Shown here: positions 44,441 to 64,000 of the stretch, piece after piece | How positions within the stretch are numbered: position 1 is the first letter of the stretch | Layout of the letters: the number at the start of each line of letters is the position of its first letter | Assembly (NCBI RefSeq): GCF_009914755.1 | Contig: NC_060929.1 | Origin: the human T2T-CHM13v2.0 reference genome, Homo sapiens | Strand: one strand, 5' to 3' | Length of the DNA: 64,000 nt | Notes under the pieces: model-generated | Databases searched by the model: none | The model's input: the letters and a program-made list of their open reading frames with translations, nothing else | What the model was told of the DNA's origin: nothing | Program-made: the position numbers and the translations under genes

Positions 44441-44477
44441 AAGAATGGGCAAGACAAGAATGGGCAAGACAAGAATG
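44441..44477. repeat. 15-bp tandem repeat (~2.5 copies)
   Basis: 'aagaatgggcaagac' x2 + 'aagaatg'. Confidence 0.9.
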
Positions 44478-45339
44478 ATTAGAATTCAGCATAAAATGAT
44501 AGAACGAACATTTTTTCATCTTTTTCTTTAAATCATATTTAAAACCTGAAAATAAAGTTTAGAAGAACACTACAGGATTACTTATCATGAGATTGAAAGA
44601 AAAATGTCTTATGCTATCTTGATAATACTCTTGAAATAGTTCAATCAACTGGAGATTATTTTAGCTATCTAATGGTTTATTATGCAATAAATCCATCTGA
44701 CTGCTCTATAGAAATTTGGGTGAGGGTAGTGTAACTTAAAATCAGATAGTCTACCAATATAGATGGCTCTTAAACTTTGTCTTGACATTTTCTAAGAAAA
44801 TACGTAGATGTTTTTACATTATTGGAAATTCAATTCAGAATTCATTCACACATCTCACGTCTCACACATTTCAGAAAATCAGAAATTTGTATTGATGAAA
44901 AAAAAAAGTTGTTCTTGGCCAAAAACATCAATCAGCCTCATCTCCAGAGTGATCCTCCAAACTCAGGGAGAATTGGTAAGTGTTTTTGACTTTCATGATA
45001 GATCTGAAAATTGTCACCTAAATTTTTTAAAAAGCAACACACGACCAGTGTTGCCAATCTCTTGTATTTAGCTTGAATTGACTCGGTACAGTTCTTTTTC
45101 CAAGTCTATATAAAAATGGCCTCAGGGGATATCATTTAATTGTGTGGTATGTTCGTTGTACTGTTCATTCCATCTTTTCTGTTATTTGCTATCATTATAA
45201 ATCAACTACCATGTAAACCCATTTGATCAAATGATGTGCATTAATAAATTTTACTTCAAAATGGTTCTATTTAAAACATCACGTTTTCTATGAAATTATC
45301 ATTGAAGATATTACCTATAATGTTGTTCAATGTTTTCTT

Positions 45340-47776
45340 AAGATTTCATTTTTTTTTGAGCAGTTTTAGGTTCACAGCAAAATTGGGAGCATGGTACAGG
45401 AATTTCCCATATAGCCTGTGACCTCACACATGTTGTATAGCTTGCTCTGGTGAGGGACTATGAACATCCCTCACCAGAAGTCATATTTGTTGCAATTGAT
45501 GAACCTGTATTGACACATCATAATCATCCAAAGGCTGTAGTTTACATTAGGGTTCACTCTCAATGTTGTACATCCTAGGGGTTTGGACACATGCATAATG
45601 TAATATTCATTTGCAATATCACATATATATATAATTATAGTAACATATAGAGTTTACACAATGTCCTTAAACTATTTGCTTTGCCTTTTCATCCCTCTCA
45701 CCTCTATGTCATCTGTTGGCAACCAATTCTCTTCTGCTGTCTTCACAGTTTTGTCTTTTCCAGAATGTTATGTAGTTGGAATCCTGTAATATATAAAGGA
45801 TTTAGATTGACTTATTTCACTTAGCAATGTGCATTTAAGTTTCTTTCCTGTATTTTCACATCTTAATAACTCAGTTCTTTTTACTGTTGAATAATATTCC
45901 ATTGTCTGGATTTACTGCGGTTTATTTATCCATTCACCCACTGAAGTACATTTTGATTTCTTCCAAGTTTTGTTAATTATGAACAAAACTGCCATAAACA
46001 TTTGTGTGCAGGTTTGTGTGGAAGTTTTCAGCTCCTTTAGGTAAATGCCAAGGAGTACGATTGGTGGATCATGTGGTAAGGATATGTTTAGTCTTGTAAG
46101 AAATTGCCAAACTGCCTTCTTAAGTAACTGTCCCATTTTGTATTCCCACCAGCAGTGAATGACAGTTCCTATTTCTCAACATCATTGTCAGCATTTGATG
46201 CCGTCAGTGTCCTAGATTTTGACCATTATAATAGGTGGGTAGTGGTATCTTGTTGTTTTAACTGGCCTTTCCTTTATGACATACGATATGGAGCATCTTT
46301 TCCTATGCTAATTTGCCATGCATGTGTCTTCTTTGATGAAGTGTCTGTTAAGGTTATTGAGCTATTTTTTCAATCAGACTTTCTCTTATTACCGGGGTTT
46401 AAGGGTACTTTGTAAATTCTACACAACTCCCCTTAATCAGATTTATCTTTTGCAAACATTTTTTCCCAGTCTGTGGCATTTCTCTTCATTCTCTTGACTT
46501 TGTTTTCTGCAGAGCAGAAGTTTTCAATGGCTGGCTTAATGATTGATTTCTTTCTTGGATCATGGCTTTGGTGTTCTTCCTAAAACGTTATTTCCATACT
46601 GATGATCAGCTAGATTTTCTCCTTTGTTACCTCTTAGTTTTATAGTTTTATGTTTTACATTTGATCCTATGATTCATGTTGGGTTAATTTTTGTGGAGGG
46701 TGTAAGATCTGTGTCTAGACTCACTTTTTTTGCATGTCTAGTTATTCTGGTACCTCTCGCTGAAAAGACTATCTTTGCTACATTATACTGCATTGCTTTT
46801 TGTTCCAAAATCAGTCGACTATATTTATGCAGGTCTATTTGTTGGTTATCTATTCTGTTCCATGGGTCTATTTGTCTCTTTTTGCCAATATCAGACTGTC
46901 ATGATTACTGTACCTTTATAGTAAGCCTTAGAGATGGGTATAGACAGTCCTTCAATTTATTCTTATCAATCAATATTGCTTTGGCTATTCTGTGTTTTTT
47001 GCCGCTCCATATAAACTTTAGAATTAGCTTGCTACTGTCCACAACATACATTACTGGAATGTGATTGGAATTTTGTTGAATCTATAGACCAAATTGGGAA
47101 GAAATGACATATTGCCAATATTGAGTCTTCTGATTTATGAGCATGGGATGTTTCCATTTATTTGGTCCTTTTCTGTTTAACTCATCAGAATTTTATAGTT
47201 TTTTTTGTATAAAGCTTGTACATATTTTGTTCAATTTATACCTAAAGTATTCCATTTTGGGGGAAGCTGATATAAAAGTAATGTTATTTCTGTTTTTTTT
47301 TATTTCAAATTTAACTGTTCATGGCTGGTCTATAAAAAATAAACTGACATTTGTACATTAGACTTGTAATCAGCAACCTTGCTATAATTGTTTGCTAGTT
47401 CCAGAAGTTATTTGTTGTAGTTGTTGATTCCTTTAGGTTTTTTACATGGATAGTCTTGCCATCTTTAAACAAAAATAGGCTTATTTATTTTTTCTCAATA
47501 CTTATACATTTTGTTTCCTTTCTTATTGCATTAGCTAGAACTTTCAGTATGATATTGAAAAGCTGTGGTGAGAAGAAGACATCCTTGCCTTTCTCTGAAT
47601 CTTAGTAGGGGAGCTTCAAGTTTCTCAACATTAAGAATAAAGTTAGCTATAGGGATTTTGTAAATATTCTATTTCTGGCTAAGGAAGTTCTCTATTCCCA
47701 GTTTATTGAGAATTATCACAATTGGGTGTTGTATTTCATGAAATGCTTTTTCTGCATATGGTGATATGATCACAAT
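45340..47776 (-). mobile_element. L1MC1/2-like, 5'-truncated (~2.4 kb)
   Basis: Characteristic antisense 3' end 'gagcagttttaggttcacagcaaaattg', 'caattgatgaacctgtattgacacatcataatcatcc'; ORF2 relic in minus-strand ORF 45912-46136. Confidence 0.9.
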
Positions 47777-49644
47777 GTTTTTGCAAAAACCTATGAAGTG
47801 AGTGTTTTTTAAAATGCTACAAATTTCCTCTGGAGAAACTAGTGTATTTTGAAGTATCTATAAAAGTTGGAAGCCATATTATATCTTACATTTGGCCATG
47901 TTTGACAGGTCAGTTAAAGATCATGATTAATCACAACAGGAATATTAGCGGGGATAATTTTAAAGTTTGCTCTTGTTACAGTTTATTTTTTTCTTCTCAT
48001 AATTTTGCAGGTTTCTATACATTTCTTTTGAAAAACTGTGAGAATCAAAAACAGAAAAATGGGTCTTTAAGATAATCTGGTGATTTTACATTTTCCTAAA
48101 TGTATATTTAATTAACTTTTTCTATTTTTAATATGCTGTATCACTAATCATTATGTTAAAAGGTATAGTAATTTATAACTTTATGATCTATTTCAAAAAA
48201 TCAGTTATTAGACAAGCAGGGTAATAAAAACTTTCAAAAAACAGTATTTTCCAATATCATTGCTAGACAAGATTATTCAATTATCTTTCATTTTAAAATT
48301 TCCATTTGATTATTTCTCTTTGTGCCAACAGCAGTCGTAACTCTGAGAACCTGAAAGTCTAGCCACTAAATAAACATTTTATTAATTAAATAAATTTTTA
48401 CATAGCTACTAACAGCTACCACAATTTATAGACTGATTTTATTTAAATGTTTTATTTGAAGACTTATATTCCCTTTTTTGCATAATGTAAGCATAAATAT
48501 AATATTCTTTACTCAGCTATGAGAAGATCATAAAATTTCTTCCCAGAAATATTTTTATGACTAATTGCTTCCCATTCATGTGGTCAGAAATCTTATTTTA
48601 TTCATTTAACCTATTTTTCATACCAACTTTTAATATCACCGTCTTCCCAATTTTAAAATAATGAATGCAATTCCATTTCAAACATGTATACTCCTCTCTG
48701 TAACTTCATCATTTTTTTTCCTGTTTTAATGCAATTCTTACCTACTACCATTAAACCTCCATTTGTGTTACTGCAATTCCACTAAAATTCACAGTAACAA
48801 TATTGTTAAAACTAATTTACATTTTTAAGATAAAATTATAGTTGCCTGTTTAATAGTTTGACATTCAATGAAATAAAAGATAAAAAAGCATTTTTGAGTG
48901 TGTGTGAATGCCTGTGTATGTACAATACCTGTATGAGTTTGTGGATAAGAGTGTGCATAGTGTGTGTGAGTGTGTGTGTGTGTGTGTAGGAAAAGGGGAA
49001 AGAGAAAAAGAGATATTAAATGTAATTTTGTAATTTTTTACAGTAAGTACTTTTTTAAACATTCAAGTGAATATATATAGTTGGAAATAGTTTGGCTGGG
49101 AGCTATTTGAATTTGAAACTCAACCTCATGCATATGGTAGATGAAACCACACATTGAGACAAGCTAGGAAAAGTCTAAATAGTAAGTAAAGTTAATGTTT
49201 AGCAAAACTGGAATCCTGAGAGTTAGTCAAGCAGGCAAACCATGTTGGAAATTAGCCGTCCAAAAGAAAAATCATAAGATGGTAGTTTCTTAGCAATAAA
49301 AGAAATAGAAAGCTTTAAGAATGTAGTGATGCTCCGGTTGAATATTCTCCATCACTTTTGCCTCCACTTCTTGGATGTGTTTTCTTTTCAGTCATCCTCC
49401 TTAGCCACCTCTGATGAGTGCATTGAAGAGGATGACCTGCTTGGTTATTCTGCTTCCCGAATACAAAAAATTAGGCTTCTGAAATCAAACATAAGAAGTC
49501 ATTGTTGCTTTTATTCCAGGTGGGTCAGCTTTCTCAAATACTGTGAATTTCTATGTGTTTGATTCAAATCAACGCCTTTTACATAAACTTGTAATTCTGC
49601 CTGAGACATCTATCACTATAGTTTAATTACAATCATTTGAGATG

Positions 49645-49990
49645 AGAACACCTAAAGTCTACCCTCCTAGCAATTCAAGGATACAAAACATTAGTTTTAA
49701 CTCTGGTCATCGCATGGTACAATAGATCTCTTCAACTTATTCTTGCAATTTAACTGAACTTTTGTATCTTTTGACCAACATCAACCCAATCCCCCTGCAC
49801 TCAGTCCCTGGTAACCACCGTTCTCCTCTCCACTTTTTATGAGTCCAACTTCTTTAGATTCCACATATAAGTGAGATAATGTACATGTTAATTAACTCAA
49901 TTTAATTTTTCTATAATGTTTATATATTTCAAAACAACATGCTGTATACCATAAGTTTGTATAATTTTTGCTGAATTAAAAATAAAAATA
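49645..49990. mobile_element. Short L1MA7/8-like insertion with 5' inversion (minus 49645-49884, plus 49885-49990)
   Basis: Antisense 3'UTR block then sense terminal block 'tgttaattaactcaatttaa...tcaaaacaacatgctgtataccataa' + A-tail; TSD 49627-49644/49992-50009. Confidence 0.8.
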
Positions 49991-50937
49991 CTTACGATTA
50001 TTTGAGATGTGTCGGGCTTCTGTGGAACTATGCCTATGAGATATTCAACTTAGAGTTATTATTTTCCTAGCCTTTTTTTATCTCTGACTTGAGATCTACG
50101 TTTTAGCTCTGCCACACTGCGTACAATTCTCCAGGCAATTAATACTGAGGCTAGTTTCTGGCACTTCTCCATAAACTGTCCCATCTTCCTTAACTAAATT
50201 TGCCTCTTACCTGTACTCCAGTCGCTAAAGGGCTTCACGCCTGGTCACCGTGAGTACATCCCTCAACTACCCAATGTATACATACCAATTTAAGAGGAAA
50301 AAGTTTTTTATTTCTATTTTAGTAGCAAGTTATTAATTACAGTAATTAAACATTTCGTCTAAAAGAAAGAAAATACATAGTTAAATCTAGAATATGTGGT
50401 AAGTTAAAGAAACATTAATTTTGGTTTCAGGCAAACGTTGTTAGTTTTACTTCATTAGATTGATTTTCTAAAGCTAGAAGCCTAGGGAAGAATAATTTGT
50501 ATATAAAGAATTAAATAAAGCTTTTACATAAAAATTATAAAAACATATATTTATATACATTCCAGTGATTAAACACAACTCTTTCCTCTTCTTTTAAGTT
50601 TCGAATGTACCTTTGATAACTGTCTGTATTGAATTCTAGTCATTACTTAAGCTATCCTTAATTAAAAGTAAGAGCTGAAGAGTTTTGGTTAAAATATATA
50701 TGTATGCTTGAAGTTCATTTTACTTATATCCAAACCAATCAATGCTAATAATATCACCAAAGTGATTTTACCCACATAAAATATTTCAACATGGATTTCT
50801 GAACATATACTGGTGCCAAATTTTTATAAATAGATTGCTTTTATTTGAATATTAGTTTTTTACAGTTGCAAGAATCCCTTCAAATTGTCTAAATAAGGCA
50901 GACAAGAAGAGAAACAGATGTACATAAGTGAACCTGA

Positions 50938-50975
50938 ATAGATAGACAGATGATAGATAAATAGGAGAGAGAACA

Positions 50976-51006
<31 letters not shown>
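50938..51006. repeat. (GATA)n/(GA)n compound microsatellite
   Basis: Directly visible. Confidence 0.85.
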
Positions 51007-51798
51007 TGCATGATAAATGATGGAATCTTGGTAATAGTAAACTAACTGAATTAGATATTAGGAAATATACTAATGTAAATACTAAAAAGAGATGTTCATC
51101 CCATGAATATTCAAGCAGAACAATAAATCTATGTTTCAGTTTTAATATATGTAATATTAATAATTTTAAAAGTAAAATATTACCTTAAACTTTTCACTTT
51201 TTATAAATTATCTTTTTCAAGAGAATCATTTTTAAATATTGTGTTACTTTATTTGTATCTATAATTTTTAAATATTTTCTCTTCAAAATTCCTGAAATGT
51301 GTATGCCACATAAAATATACTTAGTATTTTCTCATTCTAAAATAAATCTGAACAGCTTTAAAGCATGACAATTATGCTTAAGAATATTACTACCGGTTTC
51401 TTGAAAGGACATTTTTTTTACTCTCTGATTTGCATATAAAATCGCATAGAATAGATTCACATTATTAATTTCAGCATTCCTGAGACTGAAAAATATTTAG
51501 AGTGATAAAAATACTGTTGGTTTTCTCACATTTTGTGGCCATGTACACTGAGGCAAAGTGAAGAACTGATCCAGGGATTTCAAATAGTGTTAGCAAATGA
51601 TTCAGCATTATAACAGGAAATGTTTTATCCAATATATTTTTAGTAAAGTGTTCATGTCAGAGTAAACCAAAATGATTTACAAAAAGAATGAAAGAACAAT
51701 TTACATATCAGGGATATCCACCCCCCTTTTAAAAGGCATATTGTATTTTTAAATTGAAGATTATATACTTTATGTTCTAGAAAATGTACTTTAATTAA

Positions 51799-52194
<396 letters not shown>

Positions 52195-52839
52195 TGAGTT
52201 TTGTATGTATCTTGACAGATCCACTGAGAAAATGTATTTGAGTATTTAGATTAATTCACTAAGCAAAAACTCAGTTTAGCCTTTAAAGGCATCAACAACA
52301 AAAAAAATGGGCATTTTCATCCATCAAATATATGTCATTAGTTTTGGCAGTAAATTTTAATTTCGACATGAGGAACATATTAGTATAGATGAATCTTATT
52401 TTATTTTTATTTATAGCTTTATTAATATTATTAAACTACAAAATGTTTTAAATAGCTTGAATTTCAACTAAACATATTAAATAATGTCAATATGGTAACA
52501 AAATAATTGAATAGCTATTCACCCATTTAAATTGATGATGTAGGTATTTTGAAGGCACAAAAACATATTTACAGTGCATCATTAAGTGAAAAGACAAACT
52601 TCTAAATATGCATAAATATGCATTCAACTCTGAAATAAACTAGATATATGTTTCCTCTATATGTGTGTATACATAATTTTACAAAATTTATATGTGAACA
52701 TTATTACTTATTAATATATGTGACTAAATGTGTATCGTGGATACATGAGTTATACATTTACATATGTAACCACTTCTAAAATACATATAGTGGTATTTAT
52801 GACAAATATATTACTTTGAGGTCAATCAAGTAATATTGA

Positions 52840-52970
52840 TTTTACTAGAATTTAAGCCTGATGAATGTGAGACATTATTTTTTCTGTTTTGTTTCATCTT
52901 GTATTCAAATGTCATAACTTCCTGGCATATAGTACTTAATAAATATTGAATACAGAAGAACTGAATAATT
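52840..52970 (+). mobile_element. L2a 3' end
   Basis: 'ctagaatttaagcctgatgaatgtgagac...cctggcatatagtacttaataaatattgaat'. Confidence 0.7.
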
Positions 52971-53052
52971 AAATTCCTATCTGTATGTATATATCTCTAT
53001 AGACATTTGTACCTATATGTAGATATATGTCCATATGCACCAAGGTTAAATC

Positions 53053-53187
53053 TTTTTTATTTTTTTTTTTAAGAGACTGGGTCTCGCTGTGTTTCCCAGG
53101 CAGGTCTCTAACTACTGGGCTCAAATATCTGTCTGCTGCAGCCTCCCAAAGTGATGGGATTAGAGGCATTAGCCACCCCACCCAGCC
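53053..53187 (-). mobile_element. FLAM (free left Alu monomer, FLAM_C-like)
   Basis: Monomeric antisense Alu; perfect TSD 'accaaggttaaatctt' (53039-53054, 53191-53206). Confidence 0.9.
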
Positions 53188-53950
53188 TCAACCAAGGTTA
53201 AATCTTAATAATGGCTTTTTTATAATTTTTAGACAATATACTTTTTATAATTTTCTGTTTCTAATTTATTTTTCTAACAAGAATACATTAACGTTATAGT
53301 CTTGAAGTGCTCATTAAATTTTATAAAATAAATGTTATTAAGCATAACTAGTTCTGTTGAAGTTCATTTACATTCTTCTTACAATTAGAGTTTAAAATAT
53401 GACAGTCTTCTGTCTGAATGTCTTCTGATTTATAACCACACAAACCATTTCAATAAGTATGTTATTCTTTTCTCTAAATATGTAATTTTAAAGTTGACAC
53501 AAATTAATTTTAATATTGAATAAAATTTTCATTAAGGGTAAACATTAAGTAGAGTTCACATAAGTATGAAAAAATATTTTAAATATTAAGAACTAGATTA
53601 GATAATTTCTTGGGATGGTCTTCCTAGTATGTATGAAATATTTTAAATCTTGAAGGAATATCTTTTTACTTATTTCTTTTTAAAATAACTGTATTGTAAG
53701 TAATCATTAGGGCTACTGACAATTTATTTTCTCTGCAGAATATACATTATACTTCTCTGAGCACTTTGAGGTCAGTTGTGTCATTTTGACTAATGTAGGG
53801 AAACACACTATGAGAAGAAAGTATGTTGCTTTCCCAGAAAGTTTTTTTTATCCCAAGTTGGCAATTGTGGAATCACCTGTGCAAGCAGACCTGCCATGAC
53901 CTACATTGCATTATCACTATGTGGAACAGAGCAGATCTGCTCACTGAGTC

Positions 53951-56976
<3,026 letters not shown>

Positions 56977-57278
56977 GCTCAGTGAGTCTTAATGGAAGCA
57001 AGCCTTGAGGGATTATTATAATAATCCGCCAAGATTTTGGATAATTTGCTACCATGCAAAACCAGCTAATACCTGATTGATGCAAACATACTATGGCTAC
57101 ATAACAGATATATGCCTTATGTGACTAACAAGTTATTAGTAATTCCAATAGAAACTCCATTTTTGACTTGTTGGTTCCAAAATATTCTGCACACACATTG
57201 GCTTCTTAATCTGAGAAAGAAAGCCTATTCATTTGGCCCATACAGAAGGATAGGAATTAAAATTTAGACCTTAGACCT

Positions 57279-57594
<316 letters not shown>

Positions 57595-58056
57595 TTAGCC
57601 CTGGCTGTCAGAACTTTCGCTGAGAGGAAGCCTTTGAGTATGATGTGGTAATGGATGCTTTTCTTGTCATAACACAGACTTGAAAACATTATCATTGGTT
57701 TCTGCAACATTGAGTGTAACTTTCTATTTGCATAACTCTATCCAGTATGCCTCTGGATCCCTAATTTATCTTTTTAACATATTAGACTCTATTGGCTGTA
57801 GTTTTTTATTTAATTTGCCTTTCAGTTTATTAATCCTAGCTTTATCTGTATATAACTGTAGTTATGTTATTTGTATATAAAGTATTATTAAACAGGTCAT
57901 TGTGTTTGTACTTCAGATAGTTTCCATATCTAGTAATTCCATTTAATTTGTTTTATGTATACCTAAATATTTTTGATTACTTAATTTTTTGTTTCTCATT
58001 CTTTATTTTTATTACTTAAAAGTATTTAATATTATCAATTTGTATTGTGGTATTAG

Positions 58057-58387
<331 letters not shown>

Positions 58388-59083
58388 AAGATGAACTAAT
58401 TTAAACAAATATTTATATTGATCATCATAGTACATCCATCTTTGTTGGATGTATTAATACCACAGTATAAATTGATAATATTAAATATTACCAATTCTAT
58501 CAGACTATCAGATGTTCAGACATCTGAAGTCCTTGTTGGTATCACTTGCCCATTTTTAATGATATTTGCTCACAATATATGTTGATTTCTTTTCTATTTC
58601 AGCAGCTGTTTGTGCTAATGTGTCAGGTTAAGATCATATCTATGCAACTTTACAACAGAAAACTGAATTACTTTTGTTTGCATTTCCCCAAATGATGTGT
58701 TTTCTTCACCAATAAATGCAATTTATAAGGACAACTTTGTATTAAAACTCTTGCCTTAATGTTTCTTTAGATAGACAATTAGTAGTAATTTGAATGGTTT
58801 AAACCCAAATATGTTAGGATAGCTAATTTTGGTTCAAAATTTGAGTAAAAACATTACTTTTTCACCTCATATGGTACCCAAACCAAAAAGACAAATTTCC
58901 TGCCTTGTTCCTTTCTTGAGATAGTGATAATGATGATAATGAGGATGATGATGATCATGGTGATTGTGCTGACAATTCAACATTTCATTGATGATCTGAT
59001 TTATTTGCTAAGGCTCTTCCTTGACTGATTTGCATGCGTCTTTTCTCAAATCCCCTAGGTAGTCATTAAATTCTGCATGACCT

Positions 59084-59922
<839 letters not shown>

Positions 59923-60128
59923 TTGAATAAACATATAGATAAACTAATAAATAACATTGATAATCGGGACTATAAAGAATAAACATTTAGACATTTAACA
60001 ATCCATGGGTAAAAACACTAATCCATCTATATTGTGTTGGCAAGAAATGGAGGAATAGTGACTTAATATCATGTTGGTGAAGTTCAAATTTGGAGCAGGT
60101 GCTTTGAAAGCAGCTTGCAAATAGCCAG

Positions 60129-60631
60129 TGTAGTAGGCAGCATCAGAAATAGTTTCCAATGACGCCCACCCCTTGGTATCCATGTCTTTGTACAATCTTC
60201 TCTCCCTGAGTATAGGCTGATTTAGTCACTTGCTTCTTATAAGAAGAATAGAGCAGAAGTGATGGAAAATCACTTCTGATTAGATTACAAAAGTTATTTT
60301 ATTTCCTTCTCTTTCACTTCTTCACTTTGACAAAGCCAACTGTCATTTGTGAACTGCCCTTTGGCAAGGACTAAGACTGGCCTTCAATCAACAGCCAATG
60401 AAGAAGAGACCCTTAGTTCAACATCCTGTAAGCCATGGAATCCTACAAAAGACTGCATCAGGTGATCTTGCAAGCAGATTCACCCTCAGTCAAACCTTGA
60501 GATGACTGCAGCCTTGAGAAAGACAAAGCCGGGAGAGTATCCAGCTTAGACGTGCCTGCATTCCTCACCCACAAAAAATGTGGTAGAATGTTTTGGGAAC
60601 AATTATTACACAGTGATAGATAACTATTGCA
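60129..60631 (+). mobile_element. MLT1F-like solo LTR
   Basis: Starts 'tgtagtaggcagc'; 'gaatagagcagaagtgatgg', 'caaaccttgagatgactgcagcc'; ends 'ttacacagtgatagataactattgca'. Confidence 0.85.
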
Positions 60632-61656
60632 TCTAGTAGATTTGAAAGGTCTCATTAGACTGAACAAATCCAGATCTAGATAAATGCTGCGAAAACACCA
60701 TGGCTCATGTGAATTTAAAAAATGGACTAAATAACAAGCAATTTATAAAATAAACTGCTTTTACATATATAAACACAGATTAACCTGAACACAAAATTGT
60801 TAGTAGAACCACTAAACTACAAAAATTGTGTGTACAGATGATTTTATTCCTGTACAGTAAAGTAGCAAAACATTATATCTTATATGTAAACATATATGTA
60901 TATAGCAAAAATATTACAAAATTAATCAATGGTCTGAAAACCAACACCTGGATAGTGCCTCATTGAAGAATTACTGAGAAATCAAAGAATGCAACCATTC
61001 ATTTATAATATTTTAGATTTTTAAAATAATAGGTTTGATGCAAATGTATCTACATGCTAAGTTTTCTTACATCCTGGTAGGTTATGCACGGGTATTCCTT
61101 ATAATGTGTTATGTTTTTCTTACTCAAAATATTTCATAATTTTTGAAAAAATAATTTTAATAAGGAAAAGTTAAAATATTATAAATGTTATACTTTATTA
61201 TGAAATTGTTATAAATGCCATTAACATAAAAAATATTGGAGATAATAGCACCTGCCTTTGGTTTAGGGAAGTTAAAAGAAGATCAAATTAGATACAGATC
61301 TTGTTTATTGTAGTAATCTGATGACAACAGAATCAGCAACCATAAGACATAAAATAATTTCCAAGACATTAAACAAACAAATCATTTATATGGAGTAATG
61401 TAAACAAATCATTTATATGTCTATTGCACACAACGTATCTCTAAACTATGCCTCTGAGACATCCAGTAAATAGTAGAAAGCAGACTAAATTTATCAGATT
61501 TTGTTATTGTTGGAAAAAACAATTTAAAATGACATATAATCCACAAAAAATAGAAAATACATTATTCATCCATGTAAATCTATCTAGAAATATTAATATT
61601 AGTATGCTAATTAGAGAGTAACATATTCAAATGTTTAGTCATCAGAAATGCGATAA

Positions 61657-61999
<343 letters not shown>

Positions 62000-62312
62000 T
62001 AGAAATTTTTTTATGATTCAATTTGTTGAACCAAATTGGTAAAATTCCCGGGTTTATATTTATATATATATATAAAAAAATAATTTGTTTCCTTTTTTGG
62101 ATGATGAATTGCTAATTGAGAACATATAAAGTATCAAAATATTAGTTTGGCTTGTATATATTTTGTCATAGTCACAAAAGCAGTCACAGTAATCACAAAA
62201 GCAGTATAGGAAGAAACAATATTCATATAATATCGGGAAACAAAAGCAGCTTGAGACTTGGAACAAAAGAAGGAAGTACTCAGAAGATTAAATTAGCATA
62301 GTTTACAGACTT

Positions 62313-62810
62313 TGTCTAGATTGCATTAATGGCCCCAATTCCTTACCACTCCATCTATCCATAACTTCTTCTAAGTTTTCAACGCTCTCCCACTGTGGAT
62401 AGGTATCATTCTTCGTCCCTAGGCTTGGTTTGTGATTGGCTTTGGCCAATATAACCAGACACTAGCAGTGTCTTGAAAAGTTTTTGCAAGGTTGATCTCA
62501 CTAGCTTTTGAGCTGCTCACATCTCCACATCAAAACCATGTCTGGGGTAGCCCTATGGTGCTGTGAGGAGGATGAACAACATCTGAAGCAGAGAAATATC
62601 AACTGAGGTGCCCTAGGCAAGCACAACCTAGAGCAGAGCCCTGACCAAATTTCAGATGCATAAGTAAACCAGCCATCTACTGACACTCGAACAAACCCAT
62701 CCAACATAAGCTAAACTCAACCTAGATCAGCCTAAGACCCTGCTCTCACATAGGCAAGTTAGGAAAAAAAAAAAAAAAAAAAAAAAAAACAGTGTAGTTG
62801 ATATAAAGTA
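62313..62810 (+). mobile_element. MLT1G/H-like LTR with a pure A-run near its 3' end
   Basis: 'aatggccccaattcc', 'tgtgattggctttggccaat', 'tcttgaaaagtttttgc', 'aactcaacctagatcagcc'. Confidence 0.72.
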
Positions 62811-63029
62811 ACCCATGAAATGGAATAATCATAATCCATAATCATTCCATATTATACTGTTACAGAAATATATAATATGTTATTTATCTCAATTTTTATT
62901 TCTTCAGAATGATATTTTGTTCTAAATAGAAAATATGAATATATACAATTATGCTAATGTATGGAGGTGATATATCATAATTGTTTGTGATCCTGTATCA
63001 AAATAAAGTCATTCATGTCAAGTAGCAGT

Positions 63030-63895
<866 letters not shown>

Positions 63896-64000
63896 CTTAG
63901 GTGGGAACTTTTACAGCTTGGCAGTGAGAACCCAATTAACATAACAATCAGTGTAGCTTACAACAGGAAAAGCCTAAAAAGCTATAATAAGACAGACTTT

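Overview
Human, AT-rich, CpG-poor non-coding DNA (gene desert or deep intron). The species call rests on an AluYb8 and a Ya5-like Alu, both established as human-lineage subfamilies. I find no supportable protein-coding exon, RNA gene or CRISPR array. The supplied ORFs come from decayed L1 ORF2, Alu/LTR sequence, low-complexity tracts or chance. The window is a mosaic of L1 (PA, PB, MA, MC, ME), Alu (FLAM, J, S, Y, Yb8, Ya5-like), ERVL/MLT2, MaLR (MST/MLT1), MER61, LTR16, DNA transposons (MER20, MER1, Tigger2/3), L2/MIR and microsatellites. I do not see a new biological system. The strongest unexplained structure is a ~770-bp inversion (about 10892-11661) that splits a MER61 LTR and an Alu and flips part of an ERVL gag, and can be reconstructed from the sequence alone. 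Other notable items are shared non-consensus variants between two inverted L1PA copies ~17 kb apart (possible gene conversion), a mosaic Ya5-like Alu, a twin-primed old L1MA insertion, and clusters of tandem and inverted micro-duplications. All repeat subfamily names come from recalled consensus sequences, not a database search, and boundaries of old elements are approximate.
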